From contig NIVC01001331.1 of NCBI GenBank assembly GCA_002269645.1, positions 186,001 through 250,000 of the forward strand: a stretch of 64,000 nucleotides of DNA. The letters are read 5' to 3'. The DNA comes from Macrostomum lignano. Its lineage: Eukaryota. Shown here one piece after another: positions 1 to 14,200 of the stretch. Each line of letters starts with the position of its first letter. The first letter of the stretch is position 1. The notes beneath the pieces are model-generated. The model worked only from the letters and a program-made list of their open reading frames with translations, did not search any database and had not been told where the DNA came from. Both the position numbers and the translations under genes were made by a program.

Positions 1-574
1 GTACGACGTTCTGTCGATCCATAAAAATAGTTTTTTAAGCTAAAAAATAATACCGCATAAAAAATATGATTACTGACATCACTGCACCATCTACGAGTAC
101 TTCTTGAATTACTTCTCATCAATTATCACCTTAGTTCTCGTTGGATATTGCTGTGCAAAAACTTAATGCTCGGGCTGTGCCCGTCACAAAAATTTGCTTA
201 TTGACTGATTATTAAATATTTAGTTCCTATGCGTCATTGTTGGCGTCCTATATTGTACCTTTTTGCAGAATTACCAAAGTATTTTTAATAGATAAATAGA
301 TAATCAATTTCACAGGTTTACTAGTAGTAGTACGTATCGAGCGGATAGCTATAGATTAAAGCAACTTTTATTCGGGTTTTCAGCAGTAGTTTAATTCCCA
401 AGCCTACGAGTATTAGAATGAACTCAATGATTTATATTATTATTATTTTGCATTAATATATATTGTGATAGTAACGATTAAAAATTGCAGCAGAAATTAA
501 ATGGGATGTTGAATTGAAGTCGCGTTTTATTGGTAAAAGTACTTATTTATTTTTACAGGCTAACTTGCGTGTTT

Positions 575-1400
575 AGAGTTAGGGTTTAGTGACTGGTGTG
601 TATTAAGGTTTAGTGACTTAAGGTTTTAGGATTTGGGATTTAGTGACTGGTGTGTTTAAGGTTTAGTGACTGGTGTTTTTAAGGTTTAGTGACTGGTGTG
701 TTTAGGTTTAGTGACTGGTGTGTTTAAGGTTTAGTGACTGGTGTGTTTAAGGTTTAGTGACTGGTGTGTTTAAGGTTTAGTGACTGGTGTGTTTAAGGTT
801 TAGTGACTGGTGTGTTTAGGTTTAGTGACTGGTGTGTTTAGGTTTAGTGTCTGGTGTGTTTAGGGTTAGTGACTGGTGTGTTTAAGGTTTAGTAACTGGT
901 GTATTTAAGGTTTAGTGACTTAGGTTTTAGGGTTTGGGGTTTAGTGACTGGTGTGTTTAAGGTTTAGTAACTGGTGTGTTCAAGGTTTAGTGTCTGGTGT
1001 GTTTAAGGTTTAGTGACTGGTGTGTTTAGGGTTAGTGACTGGTGTGTTTAAGGTTAGTGACTGGTGTGTTTATGTTTAGTGTCTGGTGTGTTTAGGTTTA
1101 GTGACTGGTGTGTTTAGGTTTAGTGACTGGTGTGTTTAGGTTTAGTGACTGGTGTGTTTAAGGTTTAGTGACTTAGGTTTTAGGGTTTGGGGTTTAGTGA
1201 CTGGTGTGTTTAAGGTTTAGTAACTGGTGTGTTCAAGGTTTAGTGTCTGGTGTGTTTAAGGTTTAGTGACTGGTGTGTTTAGGTTTAGTGACTGGTGTGT
1301 TTAGGTTTAATAACTGGTGTGTTTAGGGGTTTAGTGCCTGATGTGTTTAGATTTAGTGACTGGTGTGTATTTAGGTTTAGTGACTGGTGTGTTTAGTGAC
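575..1400. repeat. Minisatellite, 22-23 bp unit GGTTTAGTGACTGGTGTGTTTAA
   Basis: Direct tandem copies; G/T-rich strand with occasional TTAGGG-like variants. Confidence 0.95.
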
Positions 1401-1765
1401 AGGGGGTCATAAGGTGATAGCGGCTCAAAGAGGATGCATCACTCCACTGCTTGTCTGTGAAACGTATTTAAAATTCACTTTAATTAGCAAGTTCGTCTTG
1501 ATATCGGATATTGACTTCAACAATGCAGCTAAAATGAAATCGCATCGTTCACAATACTGGAAAATATATTTTTCAATGTTTCATTTCGAAATAAAACGGA
1601 TGCAGGTACAATAAAATATGATCCGTCTGGTCGATAACGTCATCACACGTCATGAGCAATCTTTTGAAAGGAAACAGTTAAAAAAAGGATAGGTAATGAG
1701 GGCTTATGTGTTCCGTACAAATAATTCCCGAGTTACGTGGAAAACAATTTCATTGTATTTTGTTT

Positions 1766-3978
1766 TCAATTGCGCGGTTTAACCCTGAGCACGCCGTGAT
1801 CGATGACTTCGGACACGGCGTACCTGTCCGAGACGTGGCGCGGACGCGGCGGCGCCTTCCGGCGTCCGGCGCCGGCCGAGTTGTGAGCGGAGGCGTCCTC
1901 GACCAGGTAGTCCTCGGCGTACCAGACGTCCCAGTCCCAGTGCCAGTTGCGCCCGTCCTCGGCGTAGATCAGCATGCTGTGTTTGGCCCGGCGCTCCTCC
2001 TGCCTGCGCTGCATGTCCTTGTCGCCAGCGAAGCAGGTGCCCTTGCCAGTGAAGTCGCAGTCGTACGGATAGAGCAGCAGCTTGCGCAAGGTTTTGTACC
2101 GCTTGAACAGGTCGCTCTCCTCGTCGCGAATCTCTGAGTTCATCCGGGTGTAGGCCAGCTTGTAGAAGTCCAAGCGCATCCGCTTGATGTGCTCGTAGAT
2201 GTCCATGATGATGCGCCCGATGTCCGGCACGTCCACCTTGTGGAAGCCCTCGATTTTGTCGATCACCTGGCATTGCGCGGGTGACTTTTTTGTAACTGCT
2301 TCGATTTGTGGACTAATCAAGAGATAGCCTATTGAAGAGTAGCAGGAAAAGGACATAAAAGCTAGGCAGAAGCTGAAGCTCACACCTCATCGTACTAATT
2401 ACGGTTCATTAAACAGATCTTCGACCAGTGATATCAGCACACGACCATTGTAATAAGACTCTCACCTTCTGTATCAGCGATTTATCCCAGTAGCCCTCGT
2501 CGCCCCAGAATTGCTTCTTGGTCTGCGCCACCAGCTGCAGCAGTTTCTCTTCTCTGGCGCCGCCTTCTTTCTCGTTTTTGCCCAGCTGGCAGGACAGCGC
2601 CTCGTCGCTCCAGGGAATGTAATCGGTGAGCAGGACAATCAGGATGTAGAACCAGGTCTCGATGTCCATCATGTAGTTGGCCGGCTCCAGGTTGAGCACA
2701 GCAACGGACATGTAGCGCCGGCTGCCCATGGTGATGTCCGGCTTGTTCTCCGAGCAGATCTTCGACAGGCCGTAGTCCAACAAGTAGACAGTGTTGGTCA
2801 TCTTGCCGATGCCCAGGCACAAGTTGTCCGGCTTGAGATCCAGGTGTACCATGTTTTTCCTGTGCATGATCAGCAGGCGGCACAGGAACTGGTCCATCAG
2901 TTTCAGGGTGGTCTGCACCGAGTAGAAGATCCTGCCTTCGTGCGAGTGCTTCGCAGCGAAGAACTCCTTCCAGTCGTCAAGGTTGGGACCCAGCAGCTCC
3001 ATGGCGAAGTAGGTCCTGTCCGTGATGTCGTCCTCGCGCAGGCCGAAGATGTTGAACTTCTCCAAGTAGGTCTCCTTGAAGCTGCACTGCACGCCGTACG
3101 GGTCGTAGACGATCACCTGTGAGGACACGAAGTAAGCTAGTCACACAGGATGTAAAACCCAGATTTGAACTTTGTCTGGATTTGAACCCAGACACGATTT
3201 GACGCGCTGATCTACACCGGGTGTGGCCATCACAGACACAGACAGGAGTTGCGCAGAGCCCCCTATCCCGTGTGCCCTCCCTCACCTTGCCCAGATCCTT
3301 GGTGATGCGTCGATTCCCAACGTAGCTGAAATCGATGGGCAGCGGGAAGCCGACCATGGCGTAGCGGTTGTCCTGATTGCCGAACAGCTCTTGCAGCAGG
3401 TAGAACTCCCTGATCAGGTTGATCTTGCCAACCGAATTGTTTTCCACGTCTTCCGGCGTCAGCGGCTCGAACTTGACGGCCACCAAGTCCAGACAGTGCT
3501 CATCCCGGTACGAGTCCATCAGGGCACCGCGCGTGTTCTTAGTGCTTTTCTTCATCTTCTGCAGGTACTTCACGTAGTCCTCGTTGTACTTTGGATTAGC
3601 GGCCGAGCCTGTTGCATTGGAGACCACTCGAAACACGGAGCCAAAGGCGCCAGCGCCGATGAGGAACAGAGAGGACAGGGCGTACTTCTGCTTGAACCTC
3701 GGATCCGAGTAGATCGCCTGCAGAATCTCGTCGACAATTTCCTCTTGGCTCATTGCGCCCTCGGCATTGTGCAGAGCTGCGATATCGAAATCTTCATCAG
3801 CTTCATGCGTTCGTCGCACGGCCATGATTGTACTTTTATCACTGTTGCCAACGCGCAGAAAGTGCAGCTTCCTTTCTGAGCCGTTCGACCTGCCCTGGAT
3901 TACCAAGGTGCTGCGGTTCCCCGGCCGGGTCTGGCGCGAGGTCCGGCTGAGATTCCGCTTCGTGTGCGGCGAAAGCAT
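1766..3978 (-). CDS. Divergent casein kinase 1 (CK1/TTBK-group) Ser/Thr kinase, about 614 aa, 3 exons
   Basis: Exons 3978-3286, 3116-2466, 2266-1766, both introns GT-AG phase 0. Motifs IGAGAFG, VAVKFE, alphaC REF, MELLGPNL, HLDLKPDN, VYLLDYGLSK, GSRRYMS, DIETWFYIL, IPWS match the CK1 pattern (MELLGPSL, HRDIKPDN, GTARYAS, DDLESLGYVL, LPWQ). Confidence 0.88.
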
Positions 3979-4399
3979 TCTGTTATCTGGGTTTGGCTTC
4001 TAGAAGAGCTTTTGCGCACTTCTAATTGATTGGCAACGGAAATTTTCTTTTAGACCGCCCCGGGTTGCGCTGAAATCTGCTATCGGGAAAGCCAGCCAAG
4101 CCATTCTCAATTGTGGCTGGGCGGGCGAGCTGCGACTTAGTCTATTAGTCTATGGCCGAACTCTGGAGCTTTAAGAGTAGCTCGTAAAAGCACAAAACAC
4201 ACAAAGAGAATCTGTGAAACTTCGGCAAGATGACAGAGTAATGATAATATTAGATAAGTTTTAATATTATTATTAAGTAATAATTTCTATTCTGAGAAAT
4301 TTCCACCAGAAGTCTAAGCTGTCTACTTAAAAAGTATATAGTATTAAGGACACAATGCTCCGCTCGTTACAACTAAAGTTTTTTCTCAGAGCTATTAAA

Positions 4400-4660
4400 A
4401 TCTGCATGAAAATCTTACGCAAACCTCCGCAACTCAGACCACTTGCGGCTCCGCCTCTCTAATCCGGTTCTCGGGTCTTTGAAACTTCACAACAGCAATT
4501 CGGCCCGCTCAAGGCTTGAGTCTCCTCTCCTCTCTCTTCTCTTCCCCCTCTCCTCTCTTCCCTCCTCTCCTCTCTCTTCTCTCCACTTCTCTCTCCTCTA
4601 TTCCCTCTCCTTTCCTCTCATCTGGCCCGCAGACTTGAGCTGGATTCTTTTTCCGACTCT
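4400..4660 (+). mobile_element. Degenerate hAT-type MITE copy (same family as 55042-55498) with internal CT-rich tract
   Basis: CCTCTCTAATCCGGTTCTCGGGTCTTTGAAACTTCACAACAGCAATTCGGCCCGCTCA aligns with 55088-55145; CTGGCCC follows the CT tract; TIRs eroded. Confidence 0.65.
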
Positions 4661-5276
4661 AGAGGTAAACTCAAAGAAAGAAGAAAGAAAAGAAAAGAAA
4701 AGAAAAAAAGAAGAAAGAAAGAAAACTAAAAAGAGCCAAACTCAAATTGGGTCCACAGCAACTCTCACCTGAAGCTCCAATATTTTACTTAGGAATCAGA
4801 ATGTTTTAGCAACTAGTTTTTTGCAAAAAAAGACAGCTTTAAAATGAAAACATTTGCATCTGATTTGAAACTATTATTTTCGGAGACACATCAACTCATG
4901 GAAATTGAGTACTGTTTTTTTTAATAAAATACGTGGTTATCCTTTTTTCAACCGTTTTTCAAACCAATGTGCAATTATTCTGGCGTAATAATTAAATGTG
5001 ACACTACAGTTCATTAAATAGGAGTGTTGGAGAGACAAAAATCGGTGAGCAGTGCACATTAGTTTCTCATATCAGAGAGGGCTAGAAAGAAGCAGAAACT
5101 GTCATTTTGCTCACATCTATAATTCATTGAAATTAGTGCAAATTTCTGTGACAAAATACAAGAAAACAAACGTCTATTAAAACAAATAAAAATTTCTACG
5201 ACCTCTATAGTATAGTATTACAGTATAGTGTAGTACAGTACTGTACTACTGTATAGTATATACTGTACTATTGCAG

Positions 5277-8200
5277 TCACTGCGGCTTCAGCTCAACCGG
5301 AAACGGCACCAAACAATAAACGGCGTCAGTGGGCAGCAACCGGAAGTTGGCGCTGGGGCAGGCGATGACGAAGCGCCGACAGGAGGAGCTTCCGGCGCAG
5401 CGCCTGTAGGCGTCGCGGAATCGGGCGACGCCCAGGCAGAGGATGCCCTGCGACCGCAGCGCGCCGAGGAACAGCCGACCGAAGGTGCCGCCTTCCGAAC
5501 CGGAAGCGATGTACTGCGCCAACCGACGGTCGGTCAGCGGCAGGCGGGCCATCCGGGATCGGCGCCATCGGTCTGGCACTGACGTTGTCGACTTCGCCTG
5601 CTGACCGTCGTCATCAATGGCGCCCGACTCTAAGTTGACATCGTCGTCATCGTCCAATCCTTCGCAGCGATCGTCCTCAGCGGCTGGCTGGCTGGGCGAC
5701 TCGACGCCGCCAGTGACGAGGGCGCGGACGAGACTCATCGCGCTGGGATTATAGTACACGGTGGACAGCAGCGAGTCCAGGGCGCTGGCAGCGAATGCCG
5801 AGCCGCAGACGAACGGCTGCGAGTTGTGCATCTCGTCGGCCTGCAAGTGGCGTCCGGGGATGGGATTCTGTTGCGAGTGTGGGTGTCCAGGTGTGGGATT
5901 TTGTTGCGAGTGTGGAATGTCCAGGTGTGGGGTTCTGTTGCGAGCGTGGGTGTCCAGGTGTGGGATTCTGTTGCGAGTGTGGGGTGTCTAGGTGTGGGGT
6001 TCTGTTGCAAATGCGGGTGTCCAGGTGTGGGGTTCTGTTGCGAATGTGGGGTGTCCAGGTGTGGGGTTCTGTTGCGAATGTCGGGTGTCCAGGTGTGGGG
6101 TTCTGTTGCGAGTGTGGAGTGTCCAGGTGTGGGATTCTGTTGCGAGTGTTGGTGTCCAGGTGTGGGGTTCTGTTGCGAGTGTGGGGTGTCAAGGTGTGGG
6201 ATTTTGTTGCGAGTGTGGTGTCCAGGTGTGGGATTCTGTTGCGAGTGTGGGGTGTCCAGGTGTGGGATTCTGTTGCAAGTTTGGGGTGTCCGAGGATCTC
6301 TCGCAGAAACAATGGAGCTGACGCAGCCTCCTCAGGCTTGGGCCCTCACCGGGCTGTCGTCATCCTCCTGGTCCAGAAACAGGACATTCTTGTCCACAAA
6401 GATCTCCGTAATCACAGGCGTCGGCGCTGTGGGCGCAGCAGCATCCGCGGCGGCCACTCTGTCAGCGTCCATAGCCCGGATGTTGAGGGTACAGAGCACC
6501 ACCTCCCGGTCCATCAGGTAGGGATCGATGGGGCCGCGCCACTTGGTTGCGCCCCTCGACCTGGCGCCTACAATGACGCAGGTGTCGCAGGCATTCAGGC
6601 CGGCTCGGCGCAGGACGGCGCGGCTCATGGGGCTGCCGGGCAGGGCGAACACGTCGGGGAAATGGCGGAGCGCCGGCCACTCTCGGCGAAGGTAGGCGGC
6701 GCCTCCGACTAGAACAACGGGCGCGAGCTCGCGACGTCTCAGACTACTGGACCGGAGCGGCCGGAGGAAGCTGGCCAGGCCCAGGCCGGACGCTGCGGTG
6801 TCCCGGCCGGCCGCCACCACGCACAGGATGTGGTGGCCACGGAGCTTTGGCAGCTGGAGGGCCTCCTGGAAGCTGCGCGCCGGGCACCAGTGCCAGGCGC
6901 CTGCGGGTTGGAAAAGATGGTGCGGCAGCTGACACAAATTTGCTGTTGATTAATGTCCAATGACAGAGGGACTCTGTCGTTCACTGGTGCCACTTGACAC
7001 TGAGAGACACCGCAATCAAGGTAGATGCCACTTGACACTGAGAGACACCGCAATCAAGGTAGATGCCACTTGACACTGAGAGACACCGCAATCAAGGTAG
7101 ATGCCACTTGACACTGAGAGACACCGCAATCAAGGTAGATGCCACTTGACACTGAGAGACACCGCAATCAAGGTAGATGTCACTTGACACTGAGAGACAC
7201 TGCAATCAAGGTAGATGCCACTTGACACTGAGAGACACCGCAATCAAGGTAGATTTCACTTGACACTGAGAGACACTGCAATCAAGGTAGATGCCACTTG
7301 ACACTGAGAGACACCGCAATCAAGGTAGATTTCACTTGACACTGAGAGACACTGCAATCAAGGTAGATGTCACTTGACACTGAGAGATACCGCGATCAAG
7401 GTAGATGTCACTTGACACTGAGAGATACCGCGATCAAGATGCCAATTCGCTTGAAAATAATTCATACCTGTACTATCAAAGAGTTCCTCTTCCTCGTTAA
7501 CTTCCTCTACAGCTGTCAAAGTTTTGGCTTCGGCAGCCTCCATACCCAAGCCAGCCGCCTGATGCGCAATAGGGCAGATCCGGGATGGCGACAGCGCCAG
7601 TTCAGCCGCTCGCCTGGCTTCGTCGTACGAGTCGGCGAGGAACAGGCCGCGGCAGCCCGGCTGGATGACGCAGGCGCTGCCAGACTGGCCGTCCTGCCGC
7701 AGGCTGGGATTCAACAGCAAGCGGCGCTGCTTCCGGTGATGTCTGTGCGAGTGGAGACTGGGCGATGGCGGAGGGCAGGCGAGTTGGTTTAGGATCAGAT
7801 TGAGTGCTAATTATGATCAGATGGCCAGCCTCTCTAAGCTTTGATTGGATTGGTGACCGCTTTTGATTTTTTTAATGAGCTTTTGTACATACTTGATTAG
7901 ATAGTTGTAGTAGTCACTGATTGTAGTGATATTAGTCACTGATTGCAGTGCCAATAGTCACTGATTGCAACGCTATTAGTCACTGATTGCAAAGCCAATA
8001 GTCACTGATTGCAAAGCCAATAGTCACTGATTGCAAAGCCAATAGTCACTGATTGCAGTGCTATTAGTCACTGAGGTCTCACCTTGTCTGAGCCGCCGCA
8101 GCCGCCGCCGCGGCCGCCGCCTCGTCCTCGGGCTCCTCCAGCGCCAGCAGGATGACACTCTCGCTGGCATAACAGGCGGCGGCCGCCTCCGCAAACTCGA

Positions 8201-11200
8201 CGCTCTGCAGCCCGACTCCCAGCCGCACTGAATAGATTTCATAGCAGCTGCCACGCCGATAATCCGCCTCCCAGACACTGTCGCCGAGCTGTCGAGCTTC
8301 AGACGGCATGGAACGGACAGCCAGCAAGTTGGCCATCAGCGTCGAGAATCCGGGCGCTGTACAGCTCTGCGCCAGCAGGCCCAGCGTTAGCTCGGAGACG
8401 CAGACGCACTCATCGCCGAGTCGCCAGTCCCAGCTCGGGATGCTCAGCAATCCGGCCCGATTTCGCTGACGGAGCAGCTGGACAATGCAGCGCTGGCCGG
8501 GCGCGGCGTTCTTGATGGCGATGGCGCGCATGATGTTGGTGGAGTCCTCCTCGTCGGGGTCTTCGGCGTATTTGTTGGCCAGAACCACGGCTGCCTCGGC
8601 TGAGTCTAACGCTACTCGGCTGAATGAGTGGTTGGTTATCGTGTAGATAGGTTGTTTTTACCTCTGGATTGTGTGCATTCAGCAACATTAGAGGATACAG
8701 CCTGCACCCGCATTTATCATGTTTATCAGACACAGTGGTCTTGATATTTTACTCCATTTGTATGAGTCTGTTCTTCTAATAATAGAGAATGAATGTCAAA
8801 ATGATAGATGCGTGTCAGACGCGAGAGCTGTTTGTCAGAAGCGACAGCTGTTTGTCAGAAGCGAGAGCTGTTTGTCAGAAGCGAGAGCTGTTTGTCAGAA
8901 GCGACAGCTGTTTGTCAGAAGCGACAGCTATTTGTCAGAAGCGAGAGCTGTTTGTCAGAAGCGACAGCTGTTTGTCAGAAGCGACAGCTATTTGTCAGAA
9001 GCGATAGATGTTTGTCAGAAGCGAGAGATGTTTGTCAGAAGCGACAGCTGTTTGTCAGAAGCGACAGCTGTTTGTCAGAAGCGACAGCTGTTTGTCAGAA
9101 GCGACAGCTGTTTGATAGAAGCGACAGCTGTTTGTCAGAAGCGACAGCTATTTGTCAGAAGCGATAGATGTTTGTCAGAAGCGAGAGATGTTTGTCAGAA
9201 GCGACAGCTGTTTGTCAGAAGCGACAGCTATTTGTCAGAAGCGAGAGCTGTTTGTCAGAAGCGACAGCTGTTTGTCAGAAGCGACAGCTATTTGTCAGAA
9301 GCGATAGATGTTTGTCAGAAGCGAGAGATGTTTGTCAGAAGCGACAGCTGTTTGTCAGAGACGACAGCTGTTTGTCAGAAGCGACAGCTGTTTGTCAGAG
9401 ACGACAGCTGTTTGTCAGAGACGACAGCTGTTTTTCAGAAGCTAGCGACACAGCAGTCAATGTGCCAGAAGCAAAGCTTGTGAGCCAGAAGCAAAGCTTG
9501 TGAACCAGAAGCAAAAAGAATTGTCAGAAAGAAGCGTCAAAAATGAGCACACAAAGATGCGAGTCGGTAGTGAGCAATATGTCTGAGTGAAACAATATCG
9601 ATTTGTACCAGGGGAGCCACCAATATTGGGGTGATAGATAGCTTTTAACAGACACAAACAGTTTTCATCGGAAACTTACGCGCAGTCGTTTGGCGACATG
9701 ATGGTGCCCTCAAAAAATGTCAGCTTGCGAAAGTGTCGCTTTAAAAGGCCCTGGAATTCTAGGTCCGGTATGAACTGGCCGATGCAGACAACCTGAGGGA
9801 GGTTGAAATGATTGGATCTTGATTGGATTCCCACCTTGGCTTGAAGGGGTCGTGTTTGACTTCCAAATGAACTGGGTTGTTTTGGGATTGTGGGTCCTCC
9901 ATTTAAGTACTTTAGTGGTTTTTCTGGGTGCCTCCATTTATCACATTATTACTGGGGTGTTTTGTGGTGGTGGGAGCCTCTATTGAATTACTTAAGTGGT
10001 TTGTGGTGGTGGGTGCCTCTATTTATTTACTTTAATGCTTTGTGGTTGTGGGTGCCTCCATTTAGCTCTAATTACGGGGTGGTTTGTGGTGGTGGGTGCC
10101 TCCATTTAGCTCTAATTACGGAGTGGTTTGTGGTGGTTAGTGGGTGCCTCCATTTAGCTCTAATTACGGGGTGGTTTGGGGTGGTGGGTGTCTCCATTTA
10201 GCTCTAATTACGGGGTGGTTTGTGGTGGTGGGTGTCTCCATTTAGCTCTAATTACGGGGTGGTTTGTGGTGGTGGGTGCCTCCATTTAGCTCTAATTACG
10301 GGGTGGTTTGGGGTGGTGGGTGTCTCCATTTAGCTCTAATTACGGGGTGGTTTGGGGTGGTGGGTGTCTCCATTTAGCTCTAATTACGGGGTGGTTTGGG
10401 GTGGTGGGTGTCTGCATTTAGCTCTAATTACGGGGTGGTTTGTGGTGGTGGTTGCCTCCATTTAGCTCTAATTACGGGGTGGTTTGTGGTGGTGGTTGCC
10501 TCCATTTAGCTCTAATTACGGGGTGGTTTGGGGTGGTGGGTGTCTCCATTTAGCTCTAATTACGGGGTGGTTTGGGGTGGTGGGTGTCTCCATTTAGCTC
10601 TAATTACGGGGTGGTTTGTGGTGGTGGGTGTCTGCATCCATATACTAAAAATGGTCTGTTGGTATGTGTGTGATCGATTTTAGCAAAAACGGCTCAACCG
10701 ATTTTATTCGAACTTGCACCATTCGATCAGAAATTTTTCCGTGACGGTACATGCATCGTGGCTAAGAAATTGCTCGATGCTAAAGGGATTAAATATTCGA
10801 AAAACATGCTTTTTTGCAAAGGTCAAGCAGCTATTTCGACTTGAAACGCACTGTAAAAATGCTAGAGAAAAAACTGACTGGTTGAATTCTGATTCTGAAA
10901 TAGATTGCATCACAATACACTTTATTTATCGTCTGTGTACTGGCTGAATTTGACACTCAATTGAATTGCGTCACAGCTTTGAGTGTGAAAGTATAGTGCA
11001 GTACTGAATTTATATTACGTAACCATATTGTTAGCTTTCATAGACACTGGTACTGACTTGCCTAAGAAATTGATTATGTCATAACTGCTTCGCGTGACTT
11101 TTTACTCTACCTGACTTGGTGTGAGTGTTGAATTATATAAGTGGTACAAATTCACTGATAACTTCGATGAGAGCTAGCCTAGAGCAGAACAGACCAGACT

Positions 11201-14200
11201 GCTAATGCAGTGACCTGGGTTCGAATCTAAGTAGTAGTGTAAAATTTTTTATTAAAAGCTTTTATTAAAGGACTAAATAAAAACACTTAGATTACTGCAC
11301 TCGATAAGCTAAGGATTATTGCTCTTGGCAAACCAAGGAATACTGCACTCGATAAGCCAAGGATTATTGCTATTAATAAACCAAGGATTACTGCACTCGA
11401 TAAGCCAAGGATTATTGCTATTAATAAACCAAGGATTACTGCACTCAATAAACCAAGGACTATTGCTATTAATAAACCAAGGATTACTGCACTCAATAAA
11501 CCAAGGACTATTGCTCTTGGCAAACCAAGGATTACTGCACTCGATAAGCCAAGGACTATTGCTCTTGGCAAACCAAGGATTACTGCACTCGATAAGCCAA
11601 GGATTATTGCTATTAATAAACCAAGGATTACTGCACTCAATAAACCAAGGACTATTGCTCTTGGCAAACCAAGGATTACTGCACTCGATAAGCCAAGGAC
11701 TATTGCTCTTGGCAAACCAAGGATTACTGCACTCGATAAGCCATGGATTATTGCTATTAATAAACCAAGGATTACTGCACTCGATAAGCCAAGGATTATT
11801 GCTATTAATAAACCAAGGATTATGCACTTGGCAAACCAAGGATTACTGCACTCGATAAGCCAAGGATTATTGCTATTAATAAACCAAGGATTACTGCACT
11901 CAATAAACCAAGGACTATTGCTCTTGGCAAACCAAGGATTACTGCACTTGATTAATAAAGGATTATTGCTATTAATAAACCAAGGATTACTGCACTCGAT
12001 AAGCCAAGGATTATTGCTATTAATAAACCAAGGATTACTGCACTCGATAAGCCAAGGATTATTGCTATTAATAAACCAAGGATTACTGCACTCGATAAGG
12101 CATGGATTATTGCTATTAATAAACCAAGGATTACTGCACTCGATAAGCCAAGGATTATTGCTATTAATAAACCAAGGATTACTGCACTCGATAAGCCAAG
12201 GATTATTGCTATTAATAAACCATGAATTACTGCACTCGATAAGCCAAGGATTATTGCTATTAATAAACCAAGGATTACTTACTGCACTTGGCAAACCAAG
12301 AATTACTGCACTCGATAAGCCATGGATTATTGCTATTAATAAACCAAGGATTACTGCACTCGATAGCCAAGGATTACTGCGCTTGATAAGCTTGGCTACA
12401 TGTATAGGATTATTTCTATCCAGGGATGCTTGCTATTTAGGGATTCTTGCTATGTGCAGGATGCTTGCTATCTGGAACGATGCTTCTACATTATTTGGGG
12501 TATGCTTGCTATCTGCAAGATGCTTGCTATCTGCAAGATGCTTGCTATCTGCAGATGCTTGCTATCTGCAGATGCTTGCTATCTGGGTGGATGCTTGCTA
12601 GGAGTATTAGGGGATGCTTGCTACTGGGGGATGCTTGCTGTCTTGGGAATATTTTCTATTTAGGGGTAATGACTAAAATTCATGAGAGCTAGCCTAGAGG
12701 TAAACAGACTAAACTGCTAAATGCAGGGACGATGGTTCGAATTTTTAGAGAGTAGAGTTTTTTTAATTAAAGCCTTTTAACGCCAAGACAAAAAAAATTA
12801 TGGAAGCGTCATGTAAACAATCATACAAGCGTCATGTAAACAATCATAGAAGCGTCATGTAAACAATCATAGAAGCGTCATGTAAACAATCATAGAAGCG
12901 TCATGTTAAAATCATAAAAGCGTCATGCAAACAATCATAGAAGAGTCATGTTAAAATCATACAAGCGTCATGTAAACAATCATACAAGCGTCATGTAAAC
13001 AATCATAGAAGCGTCATGTAAAAAATCATAGAAGCGTCATGTTAAAATCATAAAAGCGTCATAAAAAATCATAGAAGCGTCATGTAAACAATCATACAAG
13101 CGTCATGTAAACAATCATAGAAGCGTCATGTAAACAATCATAGAAGCGTCATGTAAACAATCATAGAAGCGTCATGTAAAAATCATAGAAGCGTCATGTA
13201 AACAATCATAAAAGCGTCATGTAAACAATCATAGAAGCGTCATGTAAACAATCATAGAAGCGTCATGTAAACAATCATAGAAGCGTCATGTAAAAAATCA
13301 TAGAAGCGTCATGTAAAAATCATAGAAGCGTCATGTAAAAATCATAGAAGCGTCATGAAAAAATCATAGAAGCGTCATGTAAAAATCATAGAAGCGTCAT
13401 GTAAAAATCATAGAAGCGTCATGTAAACAATCATAGAAGCGTCATGTTAAAATCATAAAAGCGTCATGTAAACAATCATACAAGCGTCATGTAAACAATC
13501 ATAGAAGCGTCATGTAAAAAATCATAGAAGCGTCATGTTAAAATCATAAAAGCGTCTTAAAAATCATAGAAGCGTCATGTAAACAATCATAGAAGCGTCA
13601 TGTAAACAATCATAGAAGCGTCATGTAAAAAATCATAGAAGCGTCATGTAAAAATCATAGAAGCGTCATGTAAAAATCATAGAAGCGTCATGAAAAAATC
13701 ATAGAAGCGTCATGTAAAAATCATAGTAGCGTCATGTAAAAATCATAGAAGCGTCATGTAAAAAATCATAGAAGCGTCATGTAAACAATCATACAAGCGT
13801 CATGTAAACAATCATAGAAGCGTCATGTAAACAATCATAAAAGCGTCATGTAAACAATCATAAAAGCGTCATGTAAACAAGCATAGAAGCGTCATGTTAG
13901 CATAGAAGCGTCATGAAAAAATCATAGAAGCCTCATATAAAAACTAATGAAAGTGTGTCTTTTAAAAAATTAAGAAGCATCATGGAAGAATAAAAGAAGC
14001 GTAACGTAAAAATCAAAAGAAGCGTCATGTCAGACATGAAACAAGTGTCATAAAAATTAAATGAAGCTATAGTGCTGTGCTGGGGAGAATCACTGAGACG
14101 TCAAGGCTCACAGAGAATAACTGAGATTACAGGGGGTTTCTGAGATGTTAAAGCAAAAGTCAGAAGCTACTTCAAAGTACATGTACTTTACTTAAGTTTT

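Noticed and set aside
575-1400. True telomere or yeast-type long telomeric repeat
   Set aside because: The array is internal, flanked by unique DNA on both sides, and the unit is not TTAGGG; the resemblance is only G/T strand bias.
1706-3879. Plus-strand ORFs overlapping the kinase, and similar antisense ORFs over BK, RPL5 and the large gene
   Set aside because: Shadow ORFs of GC-rich coding exons with no recognisable motifs.
11169-11230. Functional tRNA-Ser(GCT) gene
   Set aside because: No acceptor stem or Ser-type variable arm is evident, the copies are diverged, and they lie within a transposon.
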